A stretch of 63,673 nucleotides of DNA, filler included, from Saprolegnia diclina VS20 (taxonomy: Eukaryota): NCBI RefSeq assembly GCF_000281045.1. It is 4 parts of one record of this genome, joined end to end, with 100 filler letters (N's around TTAATTAATTAA, not from the genome) between each part and the next. Parts side by side here need not be neighbours in the genome. Positions count along the whole stretch, not along the records: positions 41,666 to 63,673 come from NW_008246072.1; 3 more parts are not named here. The stretch is one strand, 5' to 3'. Of the stretch, positions 56,801 through 63,673 are shown one piece after another; position 1 is the stretch's first letter; each line of letters opens with the position of its first letter. The notes under the pieces were generated by a model, which saw only the letters and a program-made list of their open reading frames with translations, was not told where the DNA came from and searched no databases. A program made the position numbers and the translations under genes.

Positions 56801-59800
56801 CTTCCGCGGCCTCACGCACCTCGGCAAGTGCGTCATGCCCATGAACCTCCGCGCGCATGCGTCCGAGCTCGCGTCGGCCCTGCACATTGCGCACGGCATC
56901 ACGCCCGAGACGGCCAACCTGCTCAGCGAGAACATGCCGCTCTTTGAGCGCCTCTTTGGCCTGCTCTCGACCAACGTCTTTGGCTCGGTCCTCGAATCGG
57001 AGGACGAAGTCGACTTGGCGGACGAGTACCATTTGCTGACGCCGTCGACGCTGCACATGGTGTTTCCGATCCTCCGCACGTTCTTGGAGTACTCGATGGC
57101 TTGCCGGCAGTTTGTGTTGCCGCTCTTTGCTGTCCACGCCAAGATGATCAGCCAGGAAGAGGAGCTCGAGGTCGGCGATATGGCGGCCCAGCGCTTGTTG
57201 CGCAAGAGCATGCTCGCGGTCACGCTGGCGTGGATCGAGCACGATATCAAGGAGGAGATCCCGGCGTCGGCCAACCTCTCGCCCGACGTTGTCTTGCAGC
57301 AGATCTGCGCCGGCGCGCCCTTGTCGTTGGACGAGTGGGCGCCGATCGTCGGCGACCACGGTTTGCTCTCGACGCTCGTGCAGGCGCGCCATGCGTGCCT
57401 CAAGGCGACGCTCGCCATGGTCGAAGCGCAATTTGACGATGAAGATGAGGACGAGGACGCCGAGAACGCCAAGGCGACGTTGATTGCGTCGACGCCGATG
57501 CTCTCGACGATTCTGTTTGTCGCTCGCTTTGACAACGACGCGGAGAACAAGACGCTGGCCGAAGCCATCTGGCCGCTCTCGGACGCCGCACTCACCAAGG
57601 AAACGGTCATGGGACCTATCTTGCTGCCCCTGCTTCGCCACGCGCACGCCAATGTCCGCGACGCTGCCGCAGCTGCGTTGGCCACCGGCATGAAGCAGTT
57701 CCCCGACACGATCGCGCCGACGCTCAAGGGTATTCAGTCGGCCTTCTTGCAGCACGTTCCGGCCAAGGGCGACGCGGATGCCAAGCTCGATGCGTTTGGC
57801 GCGCCGGTCGTGCGCCGCCACAACGACATGGACGCTGACGAGAGCATGTCGACGGTCTTGCCGCGTCTCGGCGCCGGCGCGTGCATGGAGCACTGCGCCA
57901 AGACGGAGATCCTCTCGCGCGACCACGTCATGAGCTGCGTCCAGTTCATCCTCTCGTTTGGCCTTGGCGACATGCACCACAGCGTCCGCGCATCCATGCG
58001 CAAGGCCGGCGTCCAGATGATGGACTCGTATGGTGCGGTGTACACGAACGGCCTCCTCACGCTTCTCGAAGCGCGAATCGAAGCGCCGGCAGCGAATGCG
58101 TCGCCCAAGGAGCTCGAGGCGTACGACCACAAGCGCGAAGGCGTCGTTGTCTGTCTCGGGTCGCTCGCCAAGCACATGGACAAGGCCGATCCTAAGGTCT
58201 CGTCGATCGTGCACCAGCTTCTCGCGTCGCTCTCGATCCCGTCTGAGGCCGTCCAGCGCGCGATTGCGACGTGCTTGTCGCCGCTCATGCTCGCGGTCAA
58301 GGACGAGAGTCCGTTGATTCTCGACGACCTTCTCACCAAGGCGACGACGGGCGAGACGTTTGGGGACCGCATGGGCGCCGCGTTCGGTGTCTCGGCCGTC
58401 GTCAAGGGCCTTGGTATCGCCGCGCTCAAGCAGCATCTGGTCATTCCGCGCCTCGAGGAAGCGATGAAGATCTCCAACCCGAACGCGCGCCAAGGCGCCT
58501 TGTCCGTCATGGAGTGCCTCTGCGAGCGCCTCGGCTTCCTCTTCGAGCCGTACGTGATTGTGATCCTCCCGATTCTCCTCAAGTCGTTTGCGGACACGAG
58601 CGCGGCCGTGCGCGAGGCTGCCAGCGGCACGTCCAAGGGCATCATGCGCAACCTCTCGGCGCACGGTGTCAAGCTCATTCTGCCCCCGATCTTGCGCGCT
58701 GTCGACGATTCGGCGTGGCGTACGAAGCAGGCGGCCATCCAGCTCCTCGGCGCCATGGCGTCGTGCGCGCCCAAGCCGCTTGGCTCGTGCTTGCCGCAGA
58801 TCATTCCCAAGCTCACGGCGTCGCTCTCGGACTCGCACCCGCGTGTGAAGGAGGCTGGTCACGCGGCGCTCATTGACATTGCGCATGTCGTGCGCAACCC
58901 CGAGATTGCCTCGATCGCCTCCATTCTGCTCGCCGGCTTGCAGGACCCGAACCGCAAGACGACGGACGCGATGCAGGCGCTGCAGTCGATGAAGTTTGTG
59001 CACTCGATCGACGCGCCGTCGCTTGCGCTTGTGATGCCCGTGCTCCAGCGCGGCTTGACGGACCGCATCTCGGAGACGAAGAAGAAGGCTGCGCTCATTG
59101 TCGGCAACATGTGCTCCATGGTCAACGACGCCAAGGACCTCGCGCCGTACCTCGACACGATCGCGCCCTGCCTCCAGACGCAGCTGCTCGACCCGATCCC
59201 CGAGGTCCGCACGGTCGCGTCCAAGGCGCTTGGTATGCTTGTCAAGGGCCTCGGCCAGAGCCACTTCCCGCACCTCGTGCCGTCGCTGCTGCAAGCCATC
59301 AAGTCGGAGTCGTCGTCGGTCGAGCGGTCGGGTTCGGCCCAGGGTCTCTGCGAGGTGCTCGTCAACCTTGGCCCGGACGCGCTTGATCACGGTCTGCGCG
59401 ACGAAATCCTTCCGATCGCGCGCCACCCCAAGGCCGCGGTCCGCGAAGGTGTCCTCTGGGTGCTCGCGTTCCTCCCACCGGCGCTCGGCAAGGGCTTCTC
59501 CAAGTACCTGGGCAAGGCGCTCCCGATGATCGTGTCGGGTCTCTCGGACGAGTCGGAAGGTGTCCGCGACGTGGCCATGCACGCCGGCTCGATCGTCGTC
59601 AACGCCCACGCGCTTTCCAACACGAAGGACATCTTGCCGGCGCTCGAGGCCGGTATCTTCGACGACAACTGGCGCATTCGTCAGTCGTCGATCTCGCTCC
59701 TCGGCGACTTGTTGTACCGCGTCAGCGGTACCAAGGCGGTTGTCATGTCATCCAACGACGACGACGATGGCGCTGATGCAGGCAGCGCCGCTGGTGAGAA

Positions 59801-62225
59801 GGCGATGCTCAAGATCCTCGGCAAGCCGCGCCGCGACGCGGTCCTCGCTGCGCTTTACATGGTGCGCTCGGACACGTCGGCTGTTGTCCGCCAGAGCGCG
59901 CTCCAGGTGTGGAAGAGCGTCGTTTCCAACACGCCCAAGACTCTGCGCTCGATCCTCGAGACGCTTATGCTCCTCATCGTGCAAGCGCTCTCGGGCAAGA
60001 ACGTCGAGAAGCAGACTGTCGCTGGTCGCACGCTCGGCGAAATTGTGCGCAAGCTCGGCGAGCGCGTCATGCCCGAGGTCGTCCCGATCCTGCGTGCGGG
60101 CCTCGACCCGATGAACCCCGCCGGCATGCGCCAGGGCGTTTGCTTGGGTCTTGCCGAGGTCATCCAGTGCTCGCCCAAGAAGCAGCTCGAAGATTTCGTC
60201 GAGACGCTTGTCGTGGCGCTCGAAGACGCTCTTTGCGACGCGCTGCCCGAGGTCCGCCGCGCGGCCGGTGGTGCGTTCGACGTCTTCCACAAGAGCATGG
60301 GCTACCGCTCGATCGACGAGCTCATCCCGCGCCTCCTCAAGCGCATCACATCGGTGGACGACCTCGTCCAGGAGCGCGCGCTGGCGGGTCTCCAGGAAGT
60401 GCTCAAGGTCAAGTCGCGCGAGGTGCTTCCGTACCTCGTGCCGCGCCTTCTCACGACGCCGATGGCTTTGTCCAACGTCCAAGCGATCGCGCACATCGCG
60501 TCTGTCTCGGGTGCGGTGCTGCACTACCACATGGACCGCATCCTCCAGGTCCTCTTCAACGAGTACGTCGCGGTTGTCACGAGCCGCCCGAACGACGAGA
60601 TGGCTGCAGCGATCCAGCACTCGGTGCGTGCAGTTGCGTTGAGTGTCGAGGCAGCCGGCGTCCAGTGGCTTGCCGCTGAAATCTGCAAGTACTGCGAAGG
60701 CGACATTGCTGAGACGCGGTATCTTGCGTGCTGGCTCATCGCGGCGTTTTGCCAGTCGGCGACTGTCTCGTACGACGAGCAAGTCCCGATCTTCCTCAAG
60801 TACGTCCTCGCGCGCTTCAACGACAGCGATGCGTCGGTCGTCGAGGCTGCGCTCTTGGCGTTTAGCAGCCTCAACACGACAATCCGGCCCGACGAGCTCG
60901 CCAAGCACATCGACTTTATCCGCAACAACCTCAGCTCGATCGTCAGTGACGCGCGCCATCGCAAGGGCGGTGTCGGTGCCACAGGCCACTTTATCTTGCC
61001 GGCGCTTGCGCTGCCCAAGGGCCTCGACCCGTTCCTGCCGGCCTACCAGCACGCGCTCATGAACGGTACGCCCGAAGCGCGCCAGAGCGCTGCGGCTGGC
61101 CTCGGCGAGCTTGTGCAGCTGGCGTCGCCCGCGTGCCTCAAGAGCGTTCTCATCAAGATCACGGGTCCGCTCATTCGTATCGCTGGCGACCGCTTCCCGG
61201 GCCACGTCAAGGCTGCGATCCTCTCGACGCTTGAGATCTTGCTCGTCAAGGGGGGCGTCGCACTCAAGCCGTTCTTGCCGCAGCTGCAGACGACGTTCGT
61301 CAAGGCGCTCAACGATACGAGCGCGTCTGTGCGTGCGTGCGGTGGCTCGGCCCTCGTCCATCTCGTTGCGCTCTCGCCCCGTATCGACCCGCTCATTGCC
61401 GAGCTCACGGACAAGGTTGCGTCGACGACGGGCGGCGTCCAGGAGGCCAACCTTGACGCGCTGGTTGCGATTCTCACCCGCGTCGGCGCCAAGGTCTCGG
61501 CGTCGGCTGTACTCGCGGTGGAGGACGCCCTTCGCGGCCTCCTCATCACGGACGACGACCTCCTCCGTGTGCGCGCGAGCAACGGCCTTGCCCTCGCGCT
61601 CTCGCTCGGCAGCGAAGAACATGGTGTCGCGATGGTCGAGGAGCTCGTGCAGCCGTCGACGGAGCTCTGGACGCTTCGCCATTCGGCGGCGCTGGTAGCA
61701 TCGGGCTTGCTCAGCCTCTCGCCGGTGCCGACGTGGGTTGTGACCACGCTTGCGGCGCCGGTCGTCCCGACGCTCGTGGCGCTCGCCCGCGACGAGAACC
61801 CGCTTGTCAAGTCGTCGAGCCTCACAGCGCTTGGCCTCGCGGTCAAGGTCGACGCGGCGCTAGTCTCGGCGGACGTTGTCCAGGCGCTCGTTGTGGGCCT
61901 CACGGATGCCGTCAACAAGGATGTCAACCGCACGGCGCTGCGCGTCGTCAAGCGCATGGCCAAGGTCGCCCCGAAGCGTGTGCGCCAGCACTTGGGTGCA
62001 CTCGTGCCGCCGATTTTTGCGCTCATCAAGAGCCCCAACATCAACATCAAGCTCGGTGCCGAGCGCGCGCTCTTGTACGTGCTCGAGGTTGCGACGCGCC
62101 CCGAGACGCTCGCGGAATACTGCGCAAGCGCCGAGCAAGGCAAGCTCCTCGCCGAGTACGGCCGCCGTGTCCTCTCCAAGCTCAAGGTCAACGAAGACGA
62201 CAGCGACGACGAAGGCGCCAAGTAG
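53888..62225 (+). CDS. GCN1: eIF2-alpha kinase activator GCN1 (HEAT repeats); 3 small 5-prime introns and one very large exon
   Basis: 2188-aa terminal ORF with LFEPYVI, LSAHGVKLILP, WRTKQAAIQLLGAMA, FVHSIDAPSLAL, DDNWRIRQSS, KITGPLIRI.GDRF, LKPFLPQLQTTF. Confidence 0.97.
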
Positions 62226-62767
62226 AAACAAATGCGTCCTAGCTGCCTATAAACATCACTCGAATAGCATATTCAATTGCACTCGTACACTCTCAAGTCG
62301 CGTACGGAGCTTGCCGACGGCGAGTGAGCATGCTGCTGTGTTTCCGTCCTTATAAATGGCATGTGCCATGTACAAGCTCGCAAATAGTGCAATTCGGCAT
62401 CACTTTGGATACGAGTTTCGAGCGCTGCAGGCCGCGCACGACGGTGCAACTTGGTGCTCCGTGCTATACAAAGCAAACTTAATCACTCTACCACGTATGA
62501 GCCATTTTGTATTTTGACCGACGTTGGCCATCAAATCGCGATCGGGAACGCACCGCGACAACTTGCGTGTTATTAGCCATATTATCCGGATATCCGGTGC
62601 AGCATCCGCGAGCTCAGGCCGCGGGGTCGACCGCTTTGCGCTCGAAAACGAAATGGCTAAGACTTGGCACAGTAGTAAATAACGCTATAGAGGGCACGGA
62701 AAGCGAGGTCGCATCGACGTACGAGGCGCACAGCGATGGCGAGACGCGATCCAAGATGCGCGCCAAA

Positions 62768-62843
62768 CTAAGATCGTAGTGCCATCTGAGAGGCACAACG
62801 CACTCCAGACTAAGAGCTTAGTGCCATCTTAGCGGCATCACGC
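62768..62843. repeat. Two imperfect direct repeats (period 42 bp), each with a TGCC-N8-GGCA dyad
   Basis: ctaagatcgtagtgccatctgagaggcac / ctaagagcttagtgccatcttagcggcat. Confidence 0.6.
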
Positions 62844-63673
62844 CAGGACGCTGACGTCGCTTGCCGGCAACATCACGTTTGAAACGGAATCGCCCATAGT
62901 TGGCACAGTGATAGAAGACGCTTCGGAGAGTAAAGCAGACTGCGATTCGTCATCGCTGCAGGCCTACAACGCGTGCAATGCTCGACCACAAATACAAAGC
63001 GCTCATGAAACGTGAAAGATGCAAATGACTGCATTGGCACGCCGTAGGCGTCATCTTTTGCACTTGTAGCGACGATCTCCCCTTTCAGTGGAACAAAATT
63101 GCGATTCCCGGCAACATATATTTAAATACGAAGCTTCACACCTCGATTTGAGCAATGTCGTTGATAACACATCGGGTTCGCGCGCGCGGCGTACCCACAC
63201 GCATATCACTGTACGCATGGACGTGGAGGCGTGGTCGACAACTGGTGTTGAGAAGCGAGCCCCACGACATTCGTGTCATCGTCGACTTGACGTTGGCAGC
63301 GATATACACACAAAATATGCATTTCCGTGTCTCACATCTGAAGCGCTGCAACCCAAACGCCAATCTTTCACGCAGTTCGTGTTCCCGACGACTGTTATCA
63401 CCTAAACCGACTAACGCCGTCCGCTTCCGTGTTGGTGCCGAATCCGCCTCCATCAACTCCGCCGTACTTGTAACGTGTACAGTGCACGTAATGAAAACTA
63501 TGCTGGCTTGATTGCTCGAGCGCATCTATGGAGCTTGCCAACGCCATGGACAAACGCGCCCACACCCTAAGCAAATGCAACGCCTCAACGAGAGCGAAAA
63601 CGACCTGGCACGAGACGCAGCTTCAATGCATGCTATTGCTAAAACCTAATGTTTGCCAACTTGAATTCTTGAT

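Noticed and set aside
55626..61682. Very long antisense ORFs (1327 aa and 644 aa) opposite GCN1
   Set aside because: These are shadow ORFs expected from strong GC3 codon bias, with no domain motifs. The same applies to 5301-6371, 13935-14867 and 15181-16125
62900..63673. Overlapping ORFs of 100-130 aa at the window end
   Set aside because: No coding bias or domain signature

Overview
This is eukaryotic, GC-rich, gene-dense DNA with very short introns (about 40-60 bp, mostly GTAC/GTAG...AG). It most likely comes from an oomycete of the Saprolegniales (Saprolegnia/Achlya-like), inferred from intron style, an intact sterol C24-reductase and lineage-typical ankyrin and LRR families. The flanks (1-20 kb and 41.8-62.3 kb) hold apparently intact genes: two ankyrin proteins, SAM and ricin-B domains, a CXC protein, a Mid1/Frizzled-like Cys-rich surface protein, a KIX-like protein, CDC23, CDC40/PRP17, a C2H2 factor with His-rich repeats, a GOST-type 7TM protein, a SUKH-like protein, DHCR24, a GH81 glucanase, a HECT ligase and GCN1. 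The gap-rich middle (21.4-41.7 kb) is mostly decayed sequence: a G-domain-deleted EFL1 copy, TRP-channel, TPR and WASHC4 fragments, a frameshifted compact ATR-like PIKK, a Ty3/gypsy RT relic and minisatellites. It also holds two non-autonomous DNA transposons defined from sequence alone: a Mutator-like element with a 10-bp TSD that splits an exon, and a PIF/Harbinger-like MITE with a TTA TSD. I found no rRNA, tRNA or CRISPR. I cannot demonstrate a new multi-gene system; the best leads are individual unusual protein architectures. All homology calls are motif recognition by eye, not database searches, and exon boundaries are approximate.
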